A DNA stretch of 47,714 nucleotides from a virus. The stretch is from UHGV virus genome UHGV-1354603, one strand, 5' to 3'. A model generated the notes under the pieces. The model did not search any database. It had not been told where the DNA came from and saw nothing but the letters and a program-made list of their open reading frames with translations. The position numbers and the translations under genes were made by a program. Below, piece by piece: positions 1-8,203 of this stretch; the first letter of the stretch is position 1; each line of letters opens with the position of its first letter.

Positions 1-1
1 A

Positions 2-328
2 TATGAAGCCCTATCAAAGATCATCCCCCATCATTTCACGGTTATTGATTTCGGCTGCAACCTTTCCGCACAATGCTGGTTCTTCAGAAACCATGAACGC
101 TATATCGGCGTGGATACCATCGGCATGAAACGCTTCCGGTGCCAAAATACGACCCATACTGTCATGAGCATCCAGAAATGGATTGACGTGTATGCAGACC
201 GACAACCCGAATCGACGTTCGCTATCTGCAACTATGTCCCAGATGATGCGGCTGTGAAAAGGGTCAGGGAATACTTCCCGCGACTGTTCTGCTTCTATCC
301 TGCCGGAGAATCGCCTTTGTTTTGGTGA
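2..328 (+). CDS. Hypothetical protein whose 5' end lies outside the window. It is in frame with the partial ORF at 47608..47714 if the contig is circular.
   Basis: Open frame from window base 2 to the stop at 326-328; it is the same frame as ORF 110..328. It has a weak Rossmann-like VIDFGCN...GVD motif. The - strand ORF 14..382 on the same DNA was judged less likely. Confidence 0.4.
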   Translation, partial: YEALSKIIPHHFTVIDFGCNLSAQCWFFRNHERYIGVDTIGMKRFRCQNTTHTVMSIQKWIDVYADRQPESTFAICNYVPDDAAVKRVREYFPRLFCFYPAGESPLFW

Positions 329-1051
329 AGGTTTCGCGCCCCGGTCTAAACCGCCTTCCAAGCGCGTTTCCCTCCCCGCCATGCCACCGCTGCGGGACGC
401 GTTGCGAATGCGTGGGCCGGAGACGGACTGGGCGGATCGCCGGGGCTGGTTGTCGAAGAGCGAACTGTTAAGGATTCCTCAACAGTTGGGTAAAATGTCC
501 TGTTTCAGCGTTTTTTCACACTTCACAGCATCTCAAAAAGAATTGAAAACGGCTTTTGAGATTCCGTGCCCCTTTTTCACCTTTCCCCCCTCCCCATTCC
601 GGCAAGAGGGCGGTTCCCGCCCTGAACCCTAGTTCTCGGTAGGCGAAGAGGTGAAGGCATATGCCGAAGAGGAAAGGCAGAAAGGCATTCGGGCTTCCCA
701 TGAGTTCCGGGTGGTGAGCCTGAGCGAAAGGCCAAAGCTGCCCCTTTCCCATTGAGGGGAGCTGATGACCTTCCCGCTAAGTGGTTCCGGTATGGAGCCG
801 CCGTCGCTTCATGGCCCCTGTAGTCACTGCATCATGCTACAGGTCGAGAGCTTTCCGGCTGATGCGCCGTCTTCCCCGCGTCTTCTCTCGTCTCGCTGCT
901 GCGCTTCGGGCATGGGGTCGTGGTTCCCGAGTAGGATGCGGATGCCACCGTGTTGAGCCGTCCATCCGCAAACGCGGCTACTTCGCAAGACCGCTCGCGT
1001 TCCCCACTACACCGGAGGGGAAAGGCCGCTAGGGTGGGCTGTGATGCCCTG

Positions 1052-1090
1052 TTGACTTGAACTCTACTTACGTTTAGAGAAAGTGTCAAG
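1052..1090 (+). promoter_or_regulatory. Candidate promoter/operator upstream of the HTH regulator gene.
   Basis: TTGACT at 1052-1057; inverted repeat TTGAC...GTCAA; ACTTACGTTT motif at 1066-1075; the -10 element is weak. Confidence 0.25.
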
Positions 1091-1159
1091 CGATTAACCC
1101 GCGAAAGAAGACCCTTCTTTTTCTATCGTGTAGAGTAAGCGATAAAAAGGAGGGCAAGA

Positions 1160-1465
1160 ATGGACACACAACAGCCGAAGCAACCACAAGAAATTTTTGC
1201 GGGATTGGAGCAAACAATGGTTGATTATCTTCTTGGAAAGATTCGTGTTGAAAAGGGATTAAGCCTAGATGATGTGGCTTCTCGGGTATACGGGGCTGAG
1301 AATATAGCCCAATCACGACTCAAGCTTTACCGCCTGAGGAAGCCCAAAAAAGACGGCACAGTGAAAAAGCTCACGCTTGAAGACTATGTTTTGATTTGCC
1401 AAGCGATGGAGGTTGATCCTGTTCGTATCCTTGCATTAAATCTTGAAAAAGTAGCTAGAAGTTAG
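1160..1465 (+). CDS. XRE/Cro-CI-type helix-turn-helix transcriptional regulator.
   Basis: Strong AAGGAGG RBS; HTH-like region LSLDDVASRVYGAENIAQSRLKLYRL; terminator follows. Confidence 0.55.
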   Translation: MDTQQPKQPQEIFAGLEQTMVDYLLGKIRVEKGLSLDDVASRVYGAENIAQSRLKLYRLRKPKKDGTVKKLTLEDYVLICQAMEVDPVRILALNLEKVARS

Positions 1466-1493
1466 CATAGAACTCATTGTATTTTCATAACAC

Positions 1494-1518
1494 GGTCGCC
1501 TTCGGGCGGCCTTTTTTT
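1494..1518 (+). terminator. Rho-independent terminator.
   Basis: ggtcgcc-ttcg-ggcggcc followed by a T7 run. Confidence 0.6.
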
Positions 1519-1528
1519 ATCGCTATAT

Positions 1529-1581
1529 ACTTACGTTTTGCGAAAATAGTTCTTGACTAAAACTTACGATTCGCGATATTC
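1529..1581 (+). promoter_or_regulatory. Candidate promoter with two more copies of the ACTTACG(T/A)TT motif.
   Basis: TTGACT at 1553-1558, 17-nt spacer, ATATTC at 1576-1581. Motif copies at 1529-1538 and 1562-1571 match the one at 1066-1075. Confidence 0.3.
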
Positions 1582-1707
1582 TGTTTTCAACGAACGGGAG
1601 ACAAGTTCGGGTGGCAGAACAAAGGAGTTGAAGGCTCTGGGCTGCTGGGTGAGGTGACTAAGCCCACGGGGTGACAACCCGCAAAAGAGTCGACAACGAA
1701 GGACGGA

Positions 1708-1902
1708 ATGGGTATCTTGAAGGCAAGAGGAAGCGACATGAAAGAAATCATGATCAAACGCATTGCGGATTGGCTTGAAAAAATCAGCGCCGGTGCAATG
1801 CTCATCGGCTTGTTCAAGGAAGGCGGAACCCAGATAACAATTCTGGGGATCTGCATCTTGGTGGCAAGCATCTACGTCACAAGCCTTTCAAAAAAGGAGT
1901 AA
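1708..1902 (+). CDS. Small hydrophobic membrane protein; an alternative start is at 1738.
   Basis: ORF with a hydrophobic core, MLIGLFKEGGTQITILGICILVASIYV. Confidence 0.4.
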   Translation: MGILKARGSDMKEIMIKRIADWLEKISAGAMLIGLFKEGGTQITILGICILVASIYVTSLSKKE

Positions 1903-1905
1903 CCC

Positions 1906-1992
1906 ATGAGCGTATCCATGATTCTGACGATCCTCACGGTTATTGGCGTGGTCGGATATGCCGTCTACCTCAGCAGGCGCAAGCACTCCTGA
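1906..1992 (+). CDS. 28-aa single-TM peptide.
   Basis: AAAAAGGAG RBS 6 nt upstream; MSVSMILTILTVIGVVGYAVYLSRRKHS. Confidence 0.35.
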   Translation: MSVSMILTILTVIGVVGYAVYLSRRKHS

Positions 1993-2062
1993 CGATCGCA
2001 CCTTCACTTTCAAAGGCTCTCTGGAAACGGGGAGCCCTTTCTTTTGTCAGAGAGGAATTTTT

Positions 2063-2275
2063 ATGGTTCAGGATGAAAAAATCATTTCATGTATGCAGAT
2101 AGCTTTTCCGACAAAGAAAACGGATGATGGTTTTCATTCCGTCTATTACGGCCCCCACAACGCGGTAGCCGTTTTTGTTGAAGGCTATGGACACATTGGA
2201 GGAGATGAATGCGAGGCGATCGAGCTCGCGTTATATCAAATAAAACAGAGGAAAAGAGAAAGCGGAAAGTCTTAG
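2063..2275 (+). CDS. Hypothetical protein.
   Basis: GAGAGGAA RBS; ATG within ORF 1943..2275; followed by tandem terminators. Confidence 0.4.
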   Translation: MVQDEKIISCMQIAFPTKKTDDGFHSVYYGPHNAVAVFVEGYGHIGGDECEAIELALYQIKQRKRESGKS

Positions 2276-2276
2276 G

Positions 2277-2347
2277 GGCGACTCGAAAGAGCCGCCTTTT
2301 TTCATGCCTAGCCCCATCGAAAAGCCCGGAACAAACCGGGCTTTTTC
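2277..2347 (+). terminator. Two tandem rho-independent terminators.
   Basis: ggcgactc-gaaa-gagccgcc + T6 (2277-2302); gcccgg-aacaaa-ccgggc + T5 (2325-2347). Confidence 0.5.
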
Positions 2348-2394
2348 ATTGGTTCTGGGACGCCGGAACGAACTTTAACCAAGAGGATACAGCC

Positions 2395-2661
2395 ATGCGT
2401 AACCCCTACGAATATGAACCGGAAGATGAGCCCCGCGTATGCGCCACCTGCGCCCGCTACTTCGAGAGCGACCAGCTGTGCAATATCTCTTCGGACATGG
2501 TGAAGGACATCAAGGAACGGTTCGGCATCATGCTTGCCGATGCCGAGGTTGCCATCGACCCGAAGAAGATCACCGACTGCGAGGGATGGGTAAGCGCAGA
2601 ACTTCACGACAGGTATGCGCTGTATCAGGATAAGCTGGAAAAGAGGAGGAACGCGGCATGA
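2395..2661 (+). CDS. Hypothetical protein.
   Basis: ATG within ORF 2209..2661; its stop overlaps the start of the next gene. Confidence 0.45.
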   Translation: MRNPYEYEPEDEPRVCATCARYFESDQLCNISSDMVKDIKERFGIMLADAEVAIDPKKITDCEGWVSAELHDRYALYQDKLEKRRNAA

Positions 2662-2864
2662 ACGGCACCATTTTCTGCCCGCACTGCAAGCTCAAGTACG
2701 ACAAAGCCGTGAGGCTCAGGAGGCACCGCGACTTCTGGATCTGCTCGTCCTGCGCGGAATACTACACCGCCGAGACGCTGGTCACGGCGTGCGAGAACGC
2801 CGCACGGTTGTTTCTGGCAAAGGCCAACTACCTCAAAATCATGGCACGGAGGGCAGCGGCATGA
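2658..2864 (+). CDS. Zinc-ribbon protein (CxxC...CxxC).
   Basis: CPHCK...CSSC; overlaps its neighbours by 4 nt. Confidence 0.5.
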   Translation: MNGTIFCPHCKLKYDKAVRLRRHRDFWICSSCAEYYTAETLVTACENAARLFLAKANYLKIMARRAAA

Positions 2865-3031
2865 TTTCCAACGTCTACATGAAGCACGCCAGAATATCAT
2901 TACGGCGACGGGATGAGAAAAAGGAGCGAGAGGAGCGAAACGTGAGAATCGCGGTTATCATCTTCGCAGGTGTCATGCTCGGCATCTGTATTCTTCCACA
3001 GCTTTTATACGGGATGGAGGCCATGCGATGA
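2861..3031 (+). CDS. Small basic membrane protein.
   Basis: ATGA overlap with the upstream gene; C-terminal TM segment IAVIIFAGVMLGICILPQLL. Confidence 0.4.
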   Translation: MISNVYMKHARISLRRRDEKKEREERNVRIAVIIFAGVMLGICILPQLLYGMEAMR

Positions 3032-3129
3032 AACCAGAATGCGACATGTACGACGCGGAGAGGGAAGGCGTAGACCGCACGATTCCCGATGAACCCGAAT
3101 ACCACGGCCCCCAAAAGGGGCCTTTTTAA
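3028..3129 (+). CDS. 33-aa peptide.
   Basis: Coupled ATGA start; the ORF runs into the terminator hairpin at 3107-3128. Confidence 0.2.
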   Translation: MKPECDMYDAEREGVDRTIPDEPEYHGPQKGPF

Positions 3130-3149
3130 TAACATATTGAGGTGGAATT

Positions 3150-3755
3150 ATGCGCGAACTCACGAAAAAAGAAATAGAGGTTTTACAGCGTCATGCAAAA
3201 TGGCTGAAAAATGAAGAAGGCGGTGAAAAGGCCAACCTGCGGGGTGCCGAGCTGTGGGATGCCGACCTGCGGGATGCCGACCTGCGGGGTGCCGACCTGC
3301 GGGATGCCAACCTGCGGGGTGCCGACCTGCGGGATGCCGACCTGCGGGGTGCCGACCTGCGGGGTGCCGAGCTGTGGGATGCCAACCTGCGGGGTGCCGA
3401 CCTGCGGGATGCCGACCTGTGGGATGCCAACCTGCGGGGTGCCAACCTGCGGGATGCCGACCTGCGGGGTGCCGACCTGCGGGATGCCAACCTGTGGGAT
3501 GCCGACCTGTGGGGTGCCGCAGGTAAAATTCTATCCTTTGGCCCTATCGGTTCCCGACAGGGAATCACATATGTGACCAAGACCGAACGGACTATCCATG
3601 TCCGTTGTGGTTGCTTCTACGGTACGCTCGAAGAATTTGCGGCGAAGGTTGAAGAAGAACATGGTGATTCTCAACATGGGAAATCGTACAAGGCGGCAAT
3701 CGAGTTCATCAAGGCGCATGATGCCGCTTGTTGGCAAGATGATGTCGAAGAATAG
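3150..3755 (+). CDS. Pentapeptide-repeat protein (about 19 A(D/N)LRG/W repeats) with an about 80-aa C-terminal non-repeat domain.
   Basis: Consecutive A(D/N)L(R/W)(G/D) pentapeptides. The alternative-frame ORFs on the same DNA are repeat artefacts. Confidence 0.8.
   Translation: MRELTKKEIEVLQRHAKWLKNEEGGEKANLRGAELWDADLRDADLRGADLRDANLRGADLRDADLRGADLRGAELWDANLRGADLRDADLWDANLRGANLRDADLRGADLRDANLWDADLWGAAGKILSFGPIGSRQGITYVTKTERTIHVRCGCFYGTLEEFAAKVEEEHGDSQHGKSYKAAIEFIKAHDAACWQDDVEE
3231..3520. repeat. Near-perfect tandem array of a 15-nt unit (gccgacctgcgggat/ggt), about 19 copies.
   Basis: Direct reading of the sequence; the unit equals one pentapeptide in frame. Confidence 0.9.
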
Positions 3756-3759
3756 CAAT

Positions 3760-3786
3760 GAAGGCCCTGAACAAGGGCCTTTTTAG
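3760..3786 (+). terminator. Rho-independent terminator.
   Basis: ggccct-gaacaa-gggcc + T5. Confidence 0.5.
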
Positions 3787-3818
3787 TTCCCGGAAACCCC
3801 GGTGAAAAGGAGATTGAT

Positions 3819-4709
3819 ATGACTCAGGCTGTGGAAATCTATCAAGGGGGTAACGCTGTTGCTATGCAGGGCACTGCATTGACTGCCGAAAACCTCAAAC
3901 AACAGGTTGCAATCGTACAACAAGCTATGCGGGCCGTAATGAAAAAAGGGCTTCATTACGGGGTGATTAAGGGATGCGGTGATAAACCCGTTCTTCTTAA
4001 ACCCGGTGCAGAGGTTCTTGCCTTAACATTCCAGTTCGCCCCTAAATACGATGTACAAGTAACCGATTTAGGAAATGGACATCGGGAATATTCAGTGACC
4101 TGTGAGTTAACACATAGACCAACAGGGGCATATGTTGGACAAGGTATAGGGAGTGCCTCTACCAGAGAGTCAAAGTATTTATATCGTAAGGCCGAACAAA
4201 AATGTCCTCGCTGTGGAAAGGAATCTATCATTAAAGGGAAAAAAGAATATGGAGGAGGATGGATTTGCTTTCAGAAAAAGGGGGGATGTGGGGCAAAGTT
4301 TCCCGATGGAGATCCTGAAATAGAAAACCAAAATATGGGTCGTGTTGAGCATGACAATCCTGCTGATTACTACAATACGTGCCTAAAAATGGCAAAAAAA
4401 CGCGCTCTTGTGGATGCTGTTCTCACATGTACGGCGGCTAGCGACATTTTCACGCAAGACATTGAAGATGAACCGCAATCTTTTGGTGCAGAACAGGGGG
4501 CATATGCCAGATTAGATATCCAAGAAATTGGCCTTCGATTTGGACAATGTATAACTGTTGAAGAGCTTGATACTGTCATCGGAAGCCTTGGAATCGATAA
4601 ATTCCATCCTGACGCAGCCAAGGTAGCTACACTCTACAACAAAAACAAAGAAGAGATTCTCTCTGAGCAAGCAAAGATAAAAAAGGAAGAAGTCAATAAT
4701 GCTCAATAA
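3819..4709 (+). CDS. Putative phage single-strand annealing protein (RecT/ERF-like) with an internal C4 zinc finger.
   Basis: Motif KMAKKRALVDAVL resembles the RecT EMAKKTAIRRLFK motif; CPRCG...CGAKF zinc finger; immediately upstream of, and overlapping, ssb. Confidence 0.45.
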   Translation: MTQAVEIYQGGNAVAMQGTALTAENLKQQVAIVQQAMRAVMKKGLHYGVIKGCGDKPVLLKPGAEVLALTFQFAPKYDVQVTDLGNGHREYSVTCELTHRPTGAYVGQGIGSASTRESKYLYRKAEQKCPRCGKESIIKGKKEYGGGWICFQKKGGCGAKFPDGDPEIENQNMGRVEHDNPADYYNTCLKMAKKRALVDAVLTCTAASDIFTQDIEDEPQSFGAEQGAYARLDIQEIGLRFGQCITVEELDTVIGSLGIDKFHPDAAKVATLYNKNKEEILSEQAKIKKEEVNNAQ

Positions 4710-5088
4710 AGTTCAAATCATTGGCAGACTCGGGCGTGACCCCGAACTGCGTTACTCGCAATCCGGCTCTCCCGTTTGTACTTTGAGTGTTGCCACCGAT
4801 GAGGGGTACACCGACCGGGATGGGAAGAAGGTAGACCGTACGGAATGGCACCGTGTAGTGCTCTACTCCAAGGCTGCGGAAAACTGCAACCAGTTCCTTA
4901 AAAAAGGCTCCCTTGTATATGTGGAGGGCAGCCTGCAAACTCGCAAATGGCAAGACCAACAGGGACAAGACCGTTTCTCCACGGAAATCAAGGCGCAGCG
5001 CGTCCAGTTCCTCGACAAAAAGGACGGAGGAAAGCCCAGTTCATCCTTACCCTCTGAATCTTACGGAATGGACAATGTGCCCTTCTAG
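4699..5088 (+). CDS. ssb: Single-stranded DNA-binding protein.
   Basis: OB-fold SSB N-terminus MLNKVQIIGRLGRDPELRYSQSG...WHRVVL; acidic C-terminal tail ending DNVPF. Confidence 0.85.
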   Translation: MLNKVQIIGRLGRDPELRYSQSGSPVCTLSVATDEGYTDRDGKKVDRTEWHRVVLYSKAAENCNQFLKKGSLVYVEGSLQTRKWQDQQGQDRFSTEIKAQRVQFLDKKDGGKPSSSLPSESYGMDNVPF

Positions 5089-5097
5089 GAGGTGAAC

Positions 5098-5595
5098 ATG
5101 CCTACCTTCAACGAAATTCAGCAAGAAATCGCCGGGATGCTTTCTGTTCCCGATGAGGAACTGACTCCGGAACAACGCGAGGCTATGGACGCCTACATGG
5201 ATGAACTCGCCAAAGTCGAAGCCGACAAGGTGGATGGGTTCGGGCAGTTCTTGAAAATCCAGTCGGCACTTGCCGAAGCTTGCAAGGAAGAGGCCAGACG
5301 CCTTGCAGCCAAGGCGAGGACAGCGGAATCACGCCTTGCATGGCTCAAGGAACACTACACCATCGCACTCAGGGGAAACGGCCTCAAGAAAGTATCCGGT
5401 AACGCCTACACAATCAGCGTCCGGGAAACTGAGGCTGTAGCGGTAACGGCGCGGACGGAAGAACTTCCCGAACTGTACCGCCGCACAAAGACGACAGTGG
5501 AGCCAGACAAGCCCACAATCAAAGAAGCCCTCAAAGGCGGATTGACCATCCCCGGCTGCGCTCTGGTGAAGACATACAGCTTGCAAGTACGATAA
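5098..5595 (+). CDS. Siphovirus Gp157-family protein.
   Basis: N-terminal acidic coiled region and characteristic C-terminus KEALKGGLTIPGCALVKTYSLQVR; GGAGG RBS before ATG 5098. Confidence 0.55.
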   Translation: MPTFNEIQQEIAGMLSVPDEELTPEQREAMDAYMDELAKVEADKVDGFGQFLKIQSALAEACKEEARRLAAKARTAESRLAWLKEHYTIALRGNGLKKVSGNAYTISVRETEAVAVTARTEELPELYRRTKTTVEPDKPTIKEALKGGLTIPGCALVKTYSLQVR

Positions 5596-5606
5596 CCACC
5601 CCACGC

Positions 5607-5633
5607 CCCGCCCTCCCCCGGCGGGGCTTTTCA
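5607..5633 (+). terminator. Rho-independent terminator.
   Basis: ccccgcc-ctccccc-ggcgggg + TTTT. Confidence 0.5.
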
Positions 5634-5676
5634 TACCCCAAAACGTGGGCCGCGCATACGAATCACGCGGGATGAT

Positions 5677-5751
5677 ATGACGAAATGGGAATGGGCGTTC
5701 TACGTTACGGTGATAGTTTTCTTTGTTTGGGTGACTTGGCTTGCAAGATGA
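5677..5751 (+). CDS. 24-aa hydrophobic peptide.
   Basis: MTKWEWAFYVTVIVFFVWVTWLAR. Confidence 0.25.
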   Translation: MTKWEWAFYVTVIVFFVWVTWLAR

Positions 5752-5771
5752 AGGGATGACGGGAGGGAGAT

Positions 5772-6098
5772 ATGCTGACGAAACAGGAAAGGAAGTGGCT
5801 GGAGTACCGAAAATTTAGATGCAGCCGTTGCGTACATTATGAAGGCAGCGGCGTTGGAGGCATCTGCTTTTGGTGCGCCGATAGGGAGAAATTTGAAACG
5901 AACGCGTACATACTTGTATCTGACTACCGCGACGCCGCCGAATTCGAGGCGAGGGTGGCGGCAAGGCTAGCTGGAGCATGGGCAATCGGAGAGGACATGT
6001 GCTTTAACAACCACTGTCAACTCTTTGACAAAGACCGTTGTACAGCATGTTACCTCAAGAACGCCCGTATCGCCGTTGAAGAGGAGATGAAAGAGTGA
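5772..6098 (+). CDS. Cys-rich hypothetical protein.
   Basis: ORF with CSRCVHY...CFWC...CTAC; stop overlaps the next start. Confidence 0.5.
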   Translation: MLTKQERKWLEYRKFRCSRCVHYEGSGVGGICFWCADREKFETNAYILVSDYRDAAEFEARVAARLAGAWAIGEDMCFNNHCQLFDKDRCTACYLKNARIAVEEEMKE

Positions 6099-6460
6099 AT
6101 AAATACGATCTGGTTAACTCAGTATGGGCTGTACGCATGGCGTTGCATGATGTCCGCCCTGCGGATTCTCACAGCAATAAAAATCTGAACCGTGCGCATA
6201 AGTTACTGAGGGAGCTTATTGCAACGTATGGAACAGAGAGCGGGGAAGAAAGGGAGGAGATAGACAATGAGGATACCTCCCTTGAATCCATCATGAAGTG
6301 CTCGAAAGAGGCAATTGCGCGGGCGTATATGTGCCGGGAAACGTTTGAGGCACAACAAGAATGTCCTGAAAGATGTCCCAACGGATCGTGTGTGATAGGA
6401 AGAGGTCTTTGTTGGGCCGTAACCCCACAAGACTGGGAAAAGGTGCTGAATGAGCAATAA
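6095..6460 (+). CDS. Hypothetical protein.
   Basis: Translationally coupled ORF. Confidence 0.5.
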   Translation: MNKYDLVNSVWAVRMALHDVRPADSHSNKNLNRAHKLLRELIATYGTESGEEREEIDNEDTSLESIMKCSKEAIARAYMCRETFEAQQECPERCPNGSCVIGRGLCWAVTPQDWEKVLNEQ

Positions 6461-6698
6461 CATGGGGTTCATTTTCTGCGTTATTGCAAATCTATCGGCA
6501 TTGGCAACAATAGCGTGGCTAGGTTTTCTCCTTACCCGTGGTGCAAGTCTGTGGCTTATTGTTGTTATGCTCCTTCTCAGTGTTCATTTTGTTATTCCTG
6601 CAAGCGATATTTTCACTTGCCCGAAATGCGGGCACATCGAAAAGGTTAAAGTATTTAAAACGTATACAAAGACTATAAGTCAGGGAGATGATGGGTGA
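6450..6698 (+). CDS. Two-TM membrane protein with a C-terminal CPKCGH zinc ribbon.
   Basis: Hydrophobic helices followed by CPKCGH. Confidence 0.45.
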   Translation: MSNNMGFIFCVIANLSALATIAWLGFLLTRGASLWLIVVMLLLSVHFVIPASDIFTCPKCGHIEKVKVFKTYTKTISQGDDG

Positions 6699-7051
6699 TG
6701 ACCGCACAAGAATGCCTTGACGAACTGGAACGGCTTAGAAAGGCGGCGGTGCCGGGGCCGTGGGAAGCATGGAGATATAATGCAGCGTTCTTAGGAAAAG
6801 GTGGTCAAGGAATCGTCACTCGGATCTCAACACGCCCATTAGATCCTGATGACGAAGTAATCAAAGTAGCTGATTCACCTGATATTACCGCATCCGACGC
6901 CGCCTACATCGTCGCCGCGTGCAACGCCGTGCCGAGGCTGATCGAGATGGTGCAAGACATGTCTTCCGTCATAGCCGGGATGCCGGGCATGGAATCAACC
7001 CCCGATGAAATTTTGCAGGATTTCTTTGAAGCCACGGAGCCGGAAGAATGA
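6695..7051 (+). CDS. Ead/Ea22-like protein.
   Basis: AAVPGPWEAW motif and AAYIVAACNAVPRLIEM are typical of the lambdoid Ead/Ea22 family. Confidence 0.45.
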   Translation: MMTAQECLDELERLRKAAVPGPWEAWRYNAAFLGKGGQGIVTRISTRPLDPDDEVIKVADSPDITASDAAYIVAACNAVPRLIEMVQDMSSVIAGMPGMESTPDEILQDFFEATEPEE

Positions 7052-7536
7052 TCACCACCGAAGAACTCGCCCGCATCCGAACCGCCGCCATTGGCGACAT
7101 GCTCGGAGACTCCAAGGAACTCGACAAACTTAGTCCGGCGGCTACGGTTTTCAGGCTGTGCCGGGAATTGGAACTAGCTCGGAAACACGCCGTCACCATG
7201 TCAGAAGTGGCAGCCGCAGCATGGGATGGGGAAATCCCGTCGCCGTTGCCCGGTCATACTCACATGACCGAAGAAGAATTTACCGAAAGATATAACTGCC
7301 TTTGGTGTGACGGTTCTGGTCACATCGACGATTGCGATGAAGCAGACAAACAGGTCAAGGCTCAACTGGAACGGCTGGAGCGGGAGGCGGATTGGCTGGC
7401 GACAAAGCTCAATGAGATAGCCAGCCCATGCAGAACCCTACATCCTTGTGAAGGAAGTCCATCTTGCAACTATCCCGACGGAGAACCACGTTGTTGGCGC
7501 GACGTGGCACACAAAGCCGTGGAGGAATGGAGATGA
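7048..7536 (+). CDS. Hypothetical protein.
   Basis: Coupled ORF. Confidence 0.5.
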   Translation: MITTEELARIRTAAIGDMLGDSKELDKLSPAATVFRLCRELELARKHAVTMSEVAAAAWDGEIPSPLPGHTHMTEEEFTERYNCLWCDGSGHIDDCDEADKQVKAQLERLEREADWLATKLNEIASPCRTLHPCEGSPSCNYPDGEPRCWRDVAHKAVEEWR

Positions 7537-7850
7537 ACACCACAGTACAAAAAGTCATTCACGATGGGATGAAAGCGACTGGGATCACACAAACTGAACT
7601 AGCCGTTGTCTTACGCAGCAGAGCGCGTGCTTCCGAGATTATTAATGGGAAAAGGGATCTAAGGAGGACTGAACTGCTTGTACTTTCATATCTGCTCCAT
7701 ATCCCGCTTGAAACGCTGATGCCTCCTCTTAGTGAAGAGGATAAGCTGCATATCGACTCGCTTATTGCTTGGGAGAGAAAACTTCAAGAGACAAGATATA
7801 TAAAAAAAAGAGCTTCTAAACGGAGTAAGAAATCATGTCCGAAGAACTGA
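7527..7850 (+). CDS. HTH (XRE-like) DNA-binding protein.
   Basis: TGITQTELAVVLRSRARASEIINGKRDL. Confidence 0.5.
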   Translation: MEMNTTVQKVIHDGMKATGITQTELAVVLRSRARASEIINGKRDLRRTELLVLSYLLHIPLETLMPPLSEEDKLHIDSLIAWERKLQETRYIKKRASKRSKKSCPKN

Positions 7851-8203
7851 CGTTGCTACCGTTACCGTGCCCGGCGTGTGGGCACCCTGCCGGAATTGCT
7901 AGAGCGAACGGTACAGGCTGTGCGTTCGTCATGTGCCAACATGTGAAATGCGCATTTAGTGGACCCATCAAAACAACGAGTGAAGCCGCCGTTGCCGCAT
8001 GGAACAACCTGCCCCGAGCGCTGGAGTGGACGCGCGATCCACAATTGGGAGCATGGAATTGGTGGAGGGATGAATATAGCCGCATCCCTCGGTACGTCTA
8101 TCAAGATGGAACCGTCGATATCGCTATGCAGATTGACCGTGTATCCTATCAAGATCTTGGTGGACAATGGTGCCCCATACCCGAACCCCGCGAGAGGATA
8201 TGA
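7835..8203 (+). CDS. Lar-family restriction alleviation-like protein.
   Basis: N-terminal CPACGH...C..C zinc ribbon followed by EAAVAAWNN. Confidence 0.5.
   Translation: MSEELTLLPLPCPACGHPAGIARANGTGCAFVMCQHVKCAFSGPIKTTSEAAVAAWNNLPRALEWTRDPQLGAWNWWRDEYSRIPRYVYQDGTVDIAMQIDRVSYQDLGGQWCPIPEPRERI

Noticed and set aside
14-382. 122-aa ORF on the - strand at the window start.
   Set aside because: The + strand frame over the same DNA is open from base 2 and continues in frame from the window-end ORF. The - strand translation has no recognisable features and no clear RBS.
381-1089. ORFs 381..632, 516..752, 765..956, 781..1032 and 832..1089.
   Set aside because: Mutually overlapping, with no RBS and low-complexity or Pro/Arg-rich translations; the region is better explained as non-coding.
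3107-3128. Terminator-like hairpin ggcccc-caaaa-ggggcc + T5 upstream of the pentapeptide-repeat gene.
   Set aside because: It lies inside the tiny coupled ORF 3028..3129; it may still act as a partial terminator or attenuator, but I could not decide between the two readings, so it is not listed as a separate confident feature.
3191-3580. Alternative-frame ORFs (3211..3576 +, 3254..3526 +, 3191..3580 -) across the pentapeptide repeat DNA.
   Set aside because: Artefacts of the 15-nt tandem repeat being open in every frame; only the A(D/N)LRG frame has an RBS and a non-repeat C-terminal domain.
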